Below, piece by piece: positions 17,765 to 27,268 of a DNA stretch of 32,000 bases. The stretch lies in the NCBI RefSeq assembly GCF_000011805.1, contig NC_006841.2; one strand, 5' to 3'. A program made the translations under genes and the position numbers. The DNA comes from Aliivibrio fischeri ES114 (GTDB taxonomy: Bacteria > Pseudomonadota > Gammaproteobacteria > Enterobacterales > Vibrionaceae). How positions within the stretch are numbered: position 1 is the stretch's first letter; the number at the start of each line of letters is the position of its first letter. The notes beneath the pieces are model-generated. The model was not told where the DNA came from. It saw only the letters and a program-made list of their open reading frames with translations, and made no database searches.

Positions 17765-19674
17765 TAAAAATCTTCCAAATAGGTGTAACCCATTAAGCCT
17801 TGCTCTAACTCTTCAAGCACGCTTTGTTGTTCTTCTTCTGCAACTTTCGCTGTTACCATGTCTTTGTAGTTTTGACGGATCAAATCCACATCGATATGTA
17901 CATAACGCATCATATCTTCAACGGTATCGCCTTCATTGATGTAATCAATATTTGCTTCGCCGTTTTCATCAACATTAACAACAACACTGTGAGTATCACC
18001 AAATAGGTTATGCATATCACCTAAAATTTCTTGGTATGCGCCCACTAAGAAGAAGCCCATTAAATAAGGCTCATCAGGGTTCCAAGCTGGTACTGGTAAC
18101 GTTGTTTCAATACCTTGACCATCAACATATTGATCAATCGTACCGTCTGAATCACACGTAATATCCAATACAACAGCACGATGCTCATCCGCATTATCAA
18201 GACCGCTTAGTGGTAACACAGGGAACACCTGATCAATACCCCACGCGTCTGGTAATGATTGGAACAGAGAGAAATTCACAAAGAATTTATCCGCTAAACG
18301 CTCACTTAACTCATCCAAGATTGGACGGTGGTAGCGGTTCTTAGTACTCATTTTTACGCTTAACTCATAGTTAATACGTAATGATACTTGCTCTGCCCAT
18401 GCTCGATGCTGAAGGTTAATCATACCTGTCGCAAACTGATTATGAGCCTCTGCTACGTCACATTGAGTATCGTTATAAATTTCAATTAACGCACGATCAT
18501 CGCTGCCGTTTTCTAACTGTTCTAAGTTACGCCACATATTGTGTAATAACAATGGATCATCAGCACGAGGCGCTTCAATGGCTTCAGGCGTATAGCTTTC
18601 TGTACCAATAACATTGGTAATTAACACCGCGTGATGCGCCGTTAACGAACGGCCAGATTCAGAGATGATCACTGGCATTGGTTGTGAGTAAAGCTGACAA
18701 ATATCACCAATCGTCATTACGATATTACGCGCGTATTCAGCCAAACCGTAGTTCATCGAGTTAGATGATTGACTGCGAGTTCCATCGTAATCTACCGCTA
18801 AACCACCACCCACATCGAGGTATTTTAGTTTTGCGCCAATATCACGTAATTCACAGTAAAAACGAGCCGCTTCACTCACCCCATTACGAACATCACGAAT
18901 GTTTGCCATTTGTGAGCCTAAATGGAAATGCACAAGCTCTAAAATATCTAATTGGTCTTCTGCTTTTAGACGATTAATAACCGTTAATACCTGAGAAGCA
19001 GACAAACCAAATTTCGATTTTTCACCACCACTTGCTTGCCATTTCCCTGCACCTTGAGAAGCAAGACGAATACGCAAGCCAAGACGTGGTTTAACACCTA
19101 ATGCTTTTGCTTCAGATAGAACTAAATCTAATTCTGATAATTTTTCTAGAACGATAAAAACACTGTGACCAAGTTTCTCACCAATCAGTGCTAAGCGAAC
19201 ATACTCACGGTCTTTATAACCATTACATACGATAACTGAACTCGCTTTTTGAGCTAGCGCTAATACGGCCAATAGTTCAGGTTTACTGCCTGCTTCTAAG
19301 CCTAATTGCTTCTGCTCTAATTGCGCCTGACTTGCAAGAATTTCATCAACCACTTCTTTTTGCTGGTTTACTTTAATTGGGTAAACAAGAAGATAGTGGT
19401 TTTCATATTGGTATTCATCAATCGCTTGGTTAAATGCATTACAAATATTATGCACACGCTGATGAACGATTTGGGGAAAACGAACCAAAGCAGGCAATCC
19501 AATATTTCGCTGCTCTAATTGATTCACAATATGACTTAGTGGAACTTGGTGACTCGCGTCAGTGCGTGGTGAAACATAAACCTCACCATTGTCATCAATA
19601 CCATAAAAACCTTGGCTCCAGTGCTTTACATTATACTCAGCACGGATACGTTCCAAATTAACCGAATGTTCCAA
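17764..19674 (-). CDS. speA: Biosynthetic arginine decarboxylase
   Basis: 636 aa, collinear with E. coli SpeA ('[11 protein letters not shown]', '[15 protein letters not shown]', '[22 protein letters not shown]', '[13 protein letters not shown]', 'GYTYLED'). The start is TTG (19672-19674), preceded by a TGAGG SD. Confidence 0.95.
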   Translation of the reverse strand: MEHSVNLERIRAEYNVKHWSQGFYGIDDNGEVYVSPRTDASHQVPLSHIVNQLEQRNIGLPALVRFPQIVHQRVHNICNAFNQAIDEYQYENHYLLVYPIKVNQQKEVVDEILASQAQLEQKQLGLEAGSKPELLAVLALAQKASSVIVCNGYKDREYVRLALIGEKLGHSVFIVLEKLSELDLVLSEAKALGVKPRLGLRIRLASQGAGKWQASGGEKSKFGLSASQVLTVINRLKAEDQLDILELVHFHLGSQMANIRDVRNGVSEAARFYCELRDIGAKLKYLDVGGGLAVDYDGTRSQSSNSMNYGLAEYARNIVMTIGDICQLYSQPMPVIISESGRSLTAHHAVLITNVIGTESYTPEAIEAPRADDPLLLHNMWRNLEQLENGSDDRALIEIYNDTQCDVAEAHNQFATGMINLQHRAWAEQVSLRINYELSVKMSTKNRYHRPILDELSERLADKFFVNFSLFQSLPDAWGIDQVFPVLPLSGLDNADEHRAVVLDITCDSDGTIDQYVDGQGIETTLPVPAWNPDEPYLMGFFLVGAYQEILGDMHNLFGDTHSVVVNVDENGEANIDYINEGDTVEDMMRYVHIDVDLIRQNYKDMVTAKVAEEEQQSVLEELEQGLMGYTYLEDF

Positions 19675-19956
19675 ATCTAGACCTCACACAATAGGGCCAT
19701 CAAAAGAAAATACTTCGTTGGAATATCGAAGCATAACCTAACAATCCTTGTAATCTAACAAGTTGTCGACGGCATTAACTAACATTCTTTAAACGTAGTC
19801 CAATAATGAATATTTATCGTAAGAATCGAAAAAATTTGTCGTTATTTTGCTTCAAAATTGAGAGATAAAACTGTAACGCTTTTTGTCATTATCCTTGTTT
19901 ATCTGATACGAAACAGTAGAATCTCATTCAATATTTGCTGTAATTAATATGTTCTT

Positions 19957-21216
19957 ATGCCAAAACTGAATCTGCATCGCCGTGACTATGTATCAATCTT
20001 AGGAGGCGATATCTCTGCAGATAAATTAGAGCAATCGCTCAACCCTCATTTTGAAAAACCACTAAACAAAATCACTCCAAGCCCTTACCTAACTGAAAAA
20101 AATCTGACTCGTCGTTGGGATAAACTTGCAAAACCTGAACTTCAATCAGAACTTCTCGATCCACACACACAAAATCAAATGCATGTGTACGAGAAAAACA
20201 TCGAGCATTTTATTGGCACGGTAAAACTGCCAGTTGGTCTTGCAGGCCCATTACGAGTGAATGGCTTATTTGCCAATGATGATTACTTAGTGCCTCTTGC
20301 CACCACAGAAGCCGCCTTAGTCGCCTCTTATAACCGTGGAGCACAGCTATTGACGGCAAGTGGCGGCGCAAGTGCAATGCTGTTAAACGAAGGGGTAACA
20401 CGAACGCCTGCGTTTGCCTTTTTTGGTTTAGCCGAAGCGGGACAGTTTGTGGCATGGGCGGTGACTCAATATGACACATTCAAACAACTGGCTGAATCCA
20501 CCACTTCTCATGGGAAACTCAGCGACATTAATATCAGTATTGAAGGCAATCATGTTTATTTGGTATTCGAGTTTTTAACTGGTGATGCTTCAGGACAAAA
20601 CATGGTAACCATTGCGACCAATGCCGTGTTTAGCTACATCATGGAAAACTCCCCTATCACGCCTGAAAATGCCTATTTAGATGGTAATTTATCAGGGGAT
20701 AAGAAAGCCAGTAGCCAAACTCTCCGTAGTGTTCGCGGAAAAAAAGTCACTGCCGAAGCACACATCCCTGCGAAGTTAGTGAAAAAGTACTTACACACTA
20801 CCCCTGAAAAAATGATGCAGTTTACCCAAATGAGTACGGTTGGTGCGACGCTCAGTGGAACTATAGGTATTAATGCTCATTATGCTAACGCCCTTGCCGC
20901 TCTTTATATCGCTTGCGGGCAAGATGCGGCGTGTGTGGCTGAATCAGCCATTGGGATGACTCGCATTGAAGTGGATAGAAATGGGGACTTATACGCAAGT
21001 GTCACTCTACCTAACCTTATGCTTGGTACGGTTGGCGGTGGTACCGGATTACCAAGCCAAAAAGCGTGCTTAGAATTAATGGGATTGCATGGCGCAGGTA
21101 AATCTCAAGCACTGGCTGAAGTATGTGCTGCTTTATGTTTAGCTGGAGAGTTATCCATCGTAGGGGCATTCTGTGCGGGGCACTTCTCTCGAGCCCATCA
21201 TAAATTAGCTCGTTAA
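19957..21216 (+). CDS. Hydroxymethylglutaryl-CoA reductase, class I catalytic domain only (soluble, archaeal-type)
   Basis: 'ENIEHFIGTVKLPVGLAGPLRVNG', 'PLATTEAALVASYNRGAQLL', 'GDASGQNMV', 'CGQDAACVAES' and 'GTVGGGTGLPSQKACLELMG' correspond to the class I motifs TTEGCLVAS / DAMGMNM / GQDAAQ / GTVGGGT. No membrane anchor. Confidence 0.9.
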   Translation: MPKLNLHRRDYVSILGGDISADKLEQSLNPHFEKPLNKITPSPYLTEKNLTRRWDKLAKPELQSELLDPHTQNQMHVYEKNIEHFIGTVKLPVGLAGPLRVNGLFANDDYLVPLATTEAALVASYNRGAQLLTASGGASAMLLNEGVTRTPAFAFFGLAEAGQFVAWAVTQYDTFKQLAESTTSHGKLSDINISIEGNHVYLVFEFLTGDASGQNMVTIATNAVFSYIMENSPITPENAYLDGNLSGDKKASSQTLRSVRGKKVTAEAHIPAKLVKKYLHTTPEKMMQFTQMSTVGATLSGTIGINAHYANALAALYIACGQDAACVAESAIGMTRIEVDRNGDLYASVTLPNLMLGTVGGGTGLPSQKACLELMGLHGAGKSQALAEVCAALCLAGELSIVGAFCAGHFSRAHHKLAR

Positions 21217-21241
21217 TTAAAATGCCGTCAGATTTCCATAT

Positions 21242-21280
21242 AAAAAATGGCACTTAATATGAGTGCCATTTCTTTTATTT
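21242..21280. terminator. Bidirectional terminator between the HMG-CoA reductase gene and blc
   Basis: Perfect 10-bp stem AAATGGCACT (21245-21254) / AGTGCCATTT (21262-21271). An A-run precedes it and a T-rich tract follows. Confidence 0.7.
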
Positions 21281-21296
21281 GCTATATCTAGCTTTA

Positions 21297-21827
21297 TTAT
21301 TTTTGCTCAACAAAGATAAGTTCATTTGTTTTAAAACCAAGTGATTGAGCGGTTGATACAAAACGTTCAATCACTTCTTGGTCCACTTTTTTAGTTCGTG
21401 AAAGTAGCCATAAATAATCGAGGTCAGGACCTGAAACAAAAGCATATTGATAATTTTCTTTATCTAACTCAAAAACAACATAAGAACCATAGAAAGGACC
21501 AAAGAAAGAAACTTTTAAATACCCCTCATCACTTCCATCAACAAATTTTGCTTTACCTAAAGCCTCACTCCATTGTTGATCTTGATCTGAAAAACCACGA
21601 TTAATAACCTTTACACTGTCATCCTCATTGATTGAGTATTCTGCACTTACTTGACTCAAGCCATCCTCAAAAGAATGATCCAAACGAGCTATCTCATACC
21701 AAGTACCAAGATAACGATTCAACTCAAAGCCTGTAACGGGTTCTACGCCTTTTGGCATTCCCAAACATCCATTGAGCATCATCAAAATAACAGCCCCAAA
21801 ACCCACTTTACTTATACTTTTAAACAT
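21297..21827 (-). CDS. blc: Outer-membrane lipoprotein Blc (bacterial lipocalin)
   Basis: Lipobox 'MMLNGC'. 'LNRYLGTWYEIARLDHSFE' is the lipocalin signature. I chose the start at MFKSIS (ATG 21825-21827), 5 nt after a GGAGA SD; the track start is 21839. Confidence 0.85.
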   Translation of the reverse strand: MFKSISKVGFGAVILMMLNGCLGMPKGVEPVTGFELNRYLGTWYEIARLDHSFEDGLSQVSAEYSINEDDSVKVINRGFSDQDQQWSEALGKAKFVDGSDEGYLKVSFFGPFYGSYVVFELDKENYQYAFVSGPDLDYLWLLSRTKKVDQEVIERFVSTAQSLGFKTNELIFVEQK

Positions 21828-22062
21828 CATTGTCTCCATTACTCTTATCTTTTTGTTATTACGATACTTTTCAACAAAAAGATCATCCCATAGTTAAATA
21901 TGACTGCGCCTTTATTTATTACGGTTTGGAATATTCATTATTCCTAAATGGTATTTAATTTTATTTATCATAAAACCAAAAATAAATTTGTGACTAATCG
22001 CATTTTTATTATACGCATGAGTACTTTTCATGCCCTTTTGATAATTAATATAAGAGCACTTT

Positions 22063-23214
22063 ATGAAACCCTTTTTTAGCTACTCTTTAACTGCCTCTGC
22101 TGTTTTGCTCAGTTTTAATGCCTTTTCTAGCGGATTATTTCTTCAGGAAGCAACCGTTGCGAATGCTGGTACAACAGGCGCAGGAGACGGCGTTTACACT
22201 GAATCTGCGGCTGCAATGTGGACAAACCCTGCCACCATGTCCTACATGGGAGAGAGTAAAACAACCATCAATGCCATGGCGTTTGATTTAGAAATGAAAT
22301 TTAATGATAACAATGGTTCAGAAGATGGCAAAGCACATTCAATTTTACCTTCAGCTGGCGCTTTTCATACTCAAGCGATAACAGACAAATTACACTTTGG
22401 TTTAGCACTTGGCGCTGTTGGAGGCTCAAGCTTAGACTATGGTAGTGACTGGGCTGGCAGTAAACTATTAGAAGATATCAGCTTGACTGCAATGCAGTTA
22501 AATCCTGCTTTAAGTTATCAAGTAAATGAACGATTATCATTAGGGGCTGGTTTACAATTTAGCTGGGCTTCTTTTGAGCAATCAATGTCAGGAATTACTG
22601 CTGAAAAAGATTCAGATTGGGCATATGGCTATAATCTAGGCGTTATGTATCAAGTTTCAGAACAAGCATCCATGGGCTTAAGCTACCGTTCAAAACTTGA
22701 GCATGAATTTAATAATAACATTAGCTTAGATAATTTTAATCCAACGCTTTCGAGTGGAATGATCATGCCTGATATTGTTGACCTCAGCACCAGTTATGCA
22801 TTAAGTAAAGATGTAAACTTATTAAGTAGCATACAGTTGCACCGTTGGAGCCACTGGGATTCGACCATTTTAGACGCAAACCTAGGTAATGGTGGTGCCG
22901 AAATAAAACGAGATTGGGATGATGCATGGAAATTCGCCATCGGTGCTGATTATCGTCTAAATTCTGATTGGCGTTTAAAGGCTGGATTCTCATATGAAAC
23001 CTCACCTCAAGATGATCCTTCGATGCAATGGGTAGATTTACCGGTAGGTGAACAATATCGCTACTCTGTTGGTGCATCCACATCATGGGACGGTATTACA
23101 ATGGATATGTTTTATGAATACGCCGATTTAGGCTCTGTTGATATGGATCGTTTAAATGTGAATGGTACCTTCGACGGCAGAATCCACTTTGTGGGCGTAA
23201 ACTTTACTTTTTAA
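22063..23214 (+). CDS. OmpP1/FadL/TodX-family outer-membrane hydrophobic-compound channel
   Basis: Signal peptide. The hatch-domain-like N-terminus 'GLFLQEATVANAGTTGAGDGVYTESAAAMWTNPATMSYM' follows. The body shows an alternating beta-strand pattern and ends in the terminal 'VGVNFTF'. Confidence 0.8.
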   Translation: MKPFFSYSLTASAVLLSFNAFSSGLFLQEATVANAGTTGAGDGVYTESAAAMWTNPATMSYMGESKTTINAMAFDLEMKFNDNNGSEDGKAHSILPSAGAFHTQAITDKLHFGLALGAVGGSSLDYGSDWAGSKLLEDISLTAMQLNPALSYQVNERLSLGAGLQFSWASFEQSMSGITAEKDSDWAYGYNLGVMYQVSEQASMGLSYRSKLEHEFNNNISLDNFNPTLSSGMIMPDIVDLSTSYALSKDVNLLSSIQLHRWSHWDSTILDANLGNGGAEIKRDWDDAWKFAIGADYRLNSDWRLKAGFSYETSPQDDPSMQWVDLPVGEQYRYSVGASTSWDGITMDMFYEYADLGSVDMDRLNVNGTFDGRIHFVGVNFTF

Positions 23215-23223
23215 AGAAAAAGT

Positions 23224-23260
23224 AAATGGCCTACCAATTGAGTTGGTAAGCCATTTTAAT
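23224..23260. terminator. Bidirectional terminator between the convergent OMP genes
   Basis: 14-bp stem AAATGGCCTACCAA (23224-23237) / TTGGTAAGCCATTT (23243-23256) with one mismatch. Confidence 0.6.
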
Positions 23261-23271
23261 TTGTTGGATCG

Positions 23272-24078
23272 TTAAAATTGATAGTTAAATTCAATTCGGT
23301 GATCACCATCAGCAAAGTGTGTATCTTCATTCCAATTAGCAAAGTAACGAATATTAGATCGTTTCGTGATCTGATAACTAATTGCGGCTTCATGAGTTAA
23401 CATTGCGTCGTTATCTACACCGTAAGCATTATTTTTATATTCATCAGATCCTGAAATTGTCCCTAAATACATTGGATTATAGTTAATCCAAATTTTATCG
23501 GTAATTTCAATTTTACTATACAGCCCTGCTACATAAAAAGAACCATGCAAATCATAACGATCTTGTGCCTGAGCCGCACCTTGATCGCCTACATCATAAG
23601 ATTCCCCAGCAGCTAAACCCAAACCAGCTAAAGGATATAAACTAACAGGTCCCATTTTTGGAAGAGCCTGTATAAAACTGTAAGAAGCTGAGCCTTGGTT
23701 ACGATCAAAATTCCAGTCAACATCAACCTGAGCACCACGCCCATTGGTTAAATCAACGCTAAAATTACGGAAGCGTATAGAGTCAATACTATCATCATTA
23801 TTTGCACGAGCATCGCCATTCCAACCAACAGCCTCACCAGCAATACCTTTGATTTCGATGATATTCATCCCCATCGTAATATCGCTGCCCGTATCATACG
23901 TTTGACCTATTTTTAAGTTCAGTCCCTTATCGGTATAGCCTGCACCAGCTTGAGTATAAACGGCCAATGGATCAGACATATCTTGAACATCATCTTGTTT
24001 GTCTTCAGCAAGCACAGTACCACTAAAAATAGACAGTCCAACAAGCGTAAATAACGATCTTGTCGTACACTTCTTCAT
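23272..24078 (-). CDS. Uncharacterised outer-membrane beta-barrel protein (268 aa)
   Basis: I chose the internal start MKKCTTRSLFTLVGLSIFSGTVLA (ATG 24076-24078, AGGGGA SD), which gives a clean signal peptide. The body has an alternating aromatic/Gly-rich strand pattern and ends 'EFNYQF' (C-terminal Phe). The 119-aa N-terminal extension in the track is Cys/Asn-rich, AT-driven, and overlaps the divergent gene's start. Confidence 0.6.
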   Translation of the reverse strand: MKKCTTRSLFTLVGLSIFSGTVLAEDKQDDVQDMSDPLAVYTQAGAGYTDKGLNLKIGQTYDTGSDITMGMNIIEIKGIAGEAVGWNGDARANNDDSIDSIRFRNFSVDLTNGRGAQVDVDWNFDRNQGSASYSFIQALPKMGPVSLYPLAGLGLAAGESYDVGDQGAAQAQDRYDLHGSFYVAGLYSKIEITDKIWINYNPMYLGTISGSDEYKNNAYGVDNDAMLTHEAAISYQITKRSNIRYFANWNEDTHFADGDHRIEFNYQF

Positions 24079-24298
24079 TTCAATATCCCCTATAGTTATA
24101 TGCAAAGTCAAAGCAATGCATTTAATATAAATATTTTTATCAACAAAGGGACGATACGCGATGGATACTTCAGAGCCAATGATATGAAGGTTATATCGAA
24201 TATAACTATTTTGATATGTTAGATTTTTATCCACCAAAACCGTACAATCAACGGATTGAATATTCAAAAACAATATTGTTATTAAATAGGTAAAAGAT

Positions 24299-25489
24299 TT
24301 GCACACATTAGCGCAGTTACAATCTGGTGAATTACAAGGAATTACCCGATTACAATTAAGTGAACAACTCACTGAATTTCCAAAAGAAATCTTATCTCTT
24401 GCGGATTCATTAGAGATCTTAGATTTATCAAACAATCAACTAACTACGCTACCAAATGAGATAAATCAATTATCGAAATTAAAGATCTTTTTTGCATCAA
24501 ATAACCCGTTTACTGTATTTCCTGATGCTCTGGCACAATGTGAAAACCTTGAAATGATTGGGTTTAAGTCATGCCAGATTAAACAGATCTCCGAAAACGC
24601 TTTTCCACCGAAATTACGCTGGCTTATCTTAACGGACAACCAACTCGAAACAGTGCCAGATACTTTAGGTGAATGTAATTTAATGCAAAAACTGGCATTA
24701 GCCGGAAATAAGCTAACCGAACTACCAGATAATTTATCTCAGATGCATAATTTAGAATTACTGCGTATTTCTGCAAATCAATTAACAAAATGTCCAGATC
24801 AACTACTTGATTTACCAAAATTGGCTTGGTTTGCTTTTGCTGGTAATCCATTTTGTAAATCAGATCTAAAGATCAAATCAGTACCTACGGTCTCTTCAAG
24901 TGACTACACGTTAGAAAATGTATTAGGTCAAGGCGCATCTGGCGTTATTTCTAAAGCTCATTGGAATAAAGCGCAAACGGATTTCCCACAAGAAATCGCT
25001 GTTAAAGTATTTAAAGGCGAAGTCACAAGTGATGGATACCCTGAAGATGAGTTGCAAGCGTGTTTAAAAGTAGGCAATCACCCAAGTTTGGTACAATCGT
25101 TAGCACAAGTTAATGAAGAAAATCATCTCGCGTTGATCATGAACTTGATCCCTGCACATTACAAAAACTTAGGTTTACCACCTAGTTTAGAAAGTTGTAC
25201 ACGGGATACTTTTCCTAATGGGTTCAGTTTATCACTCGAAAAAATAAATAAAATGACATCGGAAATGTGCAATGTATTCAATCACCTGCACGATAATCAA
25301 GTGTGTCATGGTGATCTATACGCACACAACACGCTATTTGATAATGAAGCAAATATTATCTTTGGTGATTTTGGTGCCGCCAGTATGTACCACATGTTAA
25401 GTACTACACAGCAACAAAAGATAAGAACCATTGAAGAGCGAGCACTTAACCATTTTATTGATGATTTAATGAGTGTATGCGAACACTAA
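24299..25489 (+). CDS. Leucine-rich-repeat protein fused to a minimal protein-kinase-like domain
   Basis: About seven ~23-aa LRRs ('LEILDLSNNQLTTLP', 'LRWLILTDNQLETVP', 'LQKLALAGNKLTELP', 'LELLRISANQLTKCP'; about nt 24341-24853). The kinase motifs are G-loop LGQGASG (aa 209-215), IAVKVF Lys236, CHGDLYAHN (nt 25307-25315 = HGD) and GDFG (aa 356-359). TTG start at 24299 is the only start after the in-frame TAG at 24287-24289. No signal peptide. Confidence 0.85.
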   Translation: MHTLAQLQSGELQGITRLQLSEQLTEFPKEILSLADSLEILDLSNNQLTTLPNEINQLSKLKIFFASNNPFTVFPDALAQCENLEMIGFKSCQIKQISENAFPPKLRWLILTDNQLETVPDTLGECNLMQKLALAGNKLTELPDNLSQMHNLELLRISANQLTKCPDQLLDLPKLAWFAFAGNPFCKSDLKIKSVPTVSSSDYTLENVLGQGASGVISKAHWNKAQTDFPQEIAVKVFKGEVTSDGYPEDELQACLKVGNHPSLVQSLAQVNEENHLALIMNLIPAHYKNLGLPPSLESCTRDTFPNGFSLSLEKINKMTSEMCNVFNHLHDNQVCHGDLYAHNTLFDNEANIIFGDFGAASMYHMLSTTQQQKIRTIEERALNHFIDDLMSVCEH

Positions 25490-25526
25490 AGAGAAACTAA
25501 AATTTACAATGTAAACTTCAAAAATT

Positions 25527-25565
25527 AAAAAGCCATAAATGATCCTACATTTAAGGCTTTTTATT
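25527..25565. terminator. Bidirectional terminator between the LRR-kinase gene and astB
   Basis: Stem AGCCATAAATG (25531-25541) / CATTTAAGGCT (25548-25558) with one mismatch, flanked by an A-run and a T-run. Confidence 0.55.
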
Positions 25566-25609
25566 TAATTATTAATTAGTTAACTATTAAAAAATAACAG
25601 ATTATTCCG

Positions 25610-26944
25610 CTATTTTTGGAATGGATAAATAGAACCTAAATGCATAATTTGCGTTAATTCATCTAATGCTGCGCGAGATTCTACTAGCAATTGAGGATCC
25701 GCAAGATCTTTATCTTCAATACGGTCTCGATAATGCTTATCTGCCCATAGATTAAGAGTCGTAAATAGCTCTTCACTCATTAACGTATGTTGATTTACCG
25801 CCTTTTGCTCAGCTTCATTTAACACGACTCGCAAACGCAAACACGCTGGTCCACCACCATTTTGCATACTCTGTTTTAAATCAAAGGTATGTAACTCATC
25901 AATACCACACTTTTGCTCTACTAACTCATTTAAATAAGCCCATACTCTTGAATTTTGACGACAATGTTCAGGAAGAATAATCAAAGTAGTTCCATCAGCT
26001 TTGGTGATTAACTGACTATTAAACAGATACGTTTCTACTGCATCTTGAACGGATACTTTATCAGTTGGTACCTCGATAACATTAAAGCCAGAACCATAAG
26101 AATCACTCAAGTCAGACTTCACTTTTTCTTGATTCAGAAAAGCTTGTTGGTGACAAAACAATGTATTCTTATTTCCCACTGCAATTACATCGTTATGGAA
26201 GACACCTTGATCAATAACATCGGGATTCTGCTGTGCGAATACAGTGAATTGCTCACGTAAACCATGTGTACGAGCGATGGCTTCACTCGCTTCTAATGTC
26301 TGACGTGCTGGGTATTTTTTAGGAGCAAGATAACTTTCATTAAAGGCACTTTTTCCAAAAACAAAAAACTCAACCCCTTGCTCACCATACTCACGACAAA
26401 AACGAGTGTGGTTTGCAGCGCCTTCATCACCAAAATAATCACTGTGCGGTAATGCTTGATGGTGAACAAAGTGCTCCTCATCAGAAAAAGTGGCTTTTAA
26501 AATATTCCCCGTAACCTGATCCTCTATCGAACGGTGAAACTTATTAATTAAATTCGCTGGTGTGAAATGGACTTTCCCATCCGCTGTATCTGCACTTGGA
26601 GAAACAGTGCCAGCATTGGCCGTCCACATACTTGATGCAGAAGAACAAGCAGCAAGTAATTGAGGTGAATATTGATATGACTTTTTTAGTACTTCAGAAT
26701 CAGAGCCAGAAAAACCTAAACGTCGAAGTGTATGGATATCTGGACGCTCCTGCGGTGCAAGCACCCCTTGAACAAACCCCATATCATGCAATGCTTTCAT
26801 TTTTTCCAAACCTTGCTTTACTGCTTGTTTGGGATTAGACACACCAGATTGATTGCTTTTAGAGGCGATATTACCAACCGACAAGCCGCTGTAATTATGT
26901 GTAGGCCCAACGAGACCATCAAAGTTTGATTCAACTGTTTTCAT
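25610..26944 (-). CDS. astB: N-succinylarginine dihydrolase
   Basis: '[27 protein letters not shown]...[18 protein letters not shown]' is collinear with E. coli AstB. I prefer the start at MKTVES (ATG 26942-26944, AGGAAA SD); the track start is 26956. Confidence 0.93.
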   Translation of the reverse strand: MKTVESNFDGLVGPTHNYSGLSVGNIASKSNQSGVSNPKQAVKQGLEKMKALHDMGFVQGVLAPQERPDIHTLRRLGFSGSDSEVLKKSYQYSPQLLAACSSASSMWTANAGTVSPSADTADGKVHFTPANLINKFHRSIEDQVTGNILKATFSDEEHFVHHQALPHSDYFGDEGAANHTRFCREYGEQGVEFFVFGKSAFNESYLAPKKYPARQTLEASEAIARTHGLREQFTVFAQQNPDVIDQGVFHNDVIAVGNKNTLFCHQQAFLNQEKVKSDLSDSYGSGFNVIEVPTDKVSVQDAVETYLFNSQLITKADGTTLIILPEHCRQNSRVWAYLNELVEQKCGIDELHTFDLKQSMQNGGGPACLRLRVVLNEAEQKAVNQHTLMSEELFTTLNLWADKHYRDRIEDKDLADPQLLVESRAALDELTQIMHLGSIYPFQK

Positions 26945-27206
26945 ATATTTCCTCATGACTGTTAAATGCTACTTGTTAAGCTCTTTGGCTCACTCTTTGG
27001 CATCGATATTAGCAAACTTATCTCTAATCAGTAGCATTTGATATCATCAAACAAGCGCACTATCACAACTTTTATTTAACATTTATCACAATTTAATTAA
27101 CTATTCTCTGTCATAAAATAACTATGCAGATTTTTATTCTAAAACAGCTATAAAGTCCCCTTACACCATAAAAACCATCATTGATAAAACCTATCAAAAT
27201 GATAGT

Positions 27207-27247
27207 TGATAATAATTCTCATTTGCATATACTAATAATCATTCGCA
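27207..27247. promoter_or_regulatory. Two tandem Fur-box-like sites upstream of the PGCG-motif transporter gene
   Basis: TGATAATAATTCTCA (27207-27221) matches 14/15 of the 7-1-7 Fur motif TGATAATnATTATCA. TAATAATCATTCGCA (27233-27247) matches 12/15. They lie 22-62 nt upstream of the ATG at 27269. Confidence 0.4.
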
Positions 27248-27268
27248 TTTACTAATGGTTTTTTTATT

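Noticed and set aside
24092-24209. A 10-bp inverted pair ATAGTTATAT (24092-24101) / ATATAACTAT (24200-24209) in the OMP / LRR-kinase divergent promoter region.
   Set aside because: It is composed almost entirely of A/T in a very AT-rich spacer, so the chance of a random match is high. There is no supporting second motif.
24079-24435. The 119-aa N-terminal extension of minus-strand ORF 23272-24435.
   Set aside because: The extension is Cys/Asn/Ile-rich junk-like sequence. It crosses the divergent promoter region and overlaps the LRR-kinase start. An internal ATG (24078) with an SD gives a textbook signal peptide, so the real CDS is 23272-24078.
26957-27268. Possible metal (yybP-ykoY Mn) riboswitch or other leader in the 312-bp region before the putative manganese/heavy-metal transporter. 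Also a 10-bp inverted pair AAATGCTACT (26964-26973) / AGTAGCATTT (27030-27039) and the direct repeat CTCTTTGGC x2 (26981-26989, 26993-27001) next to the astB start.
   Set aside because: I could find no GGGGAGUAG-type conserved core or the paired four-way-junction segments of the Mn riboswitch. The short repeats are separated by a 56-nt loop in AT-rich DNA, and I cannot distinguish them from chance without comparative data.
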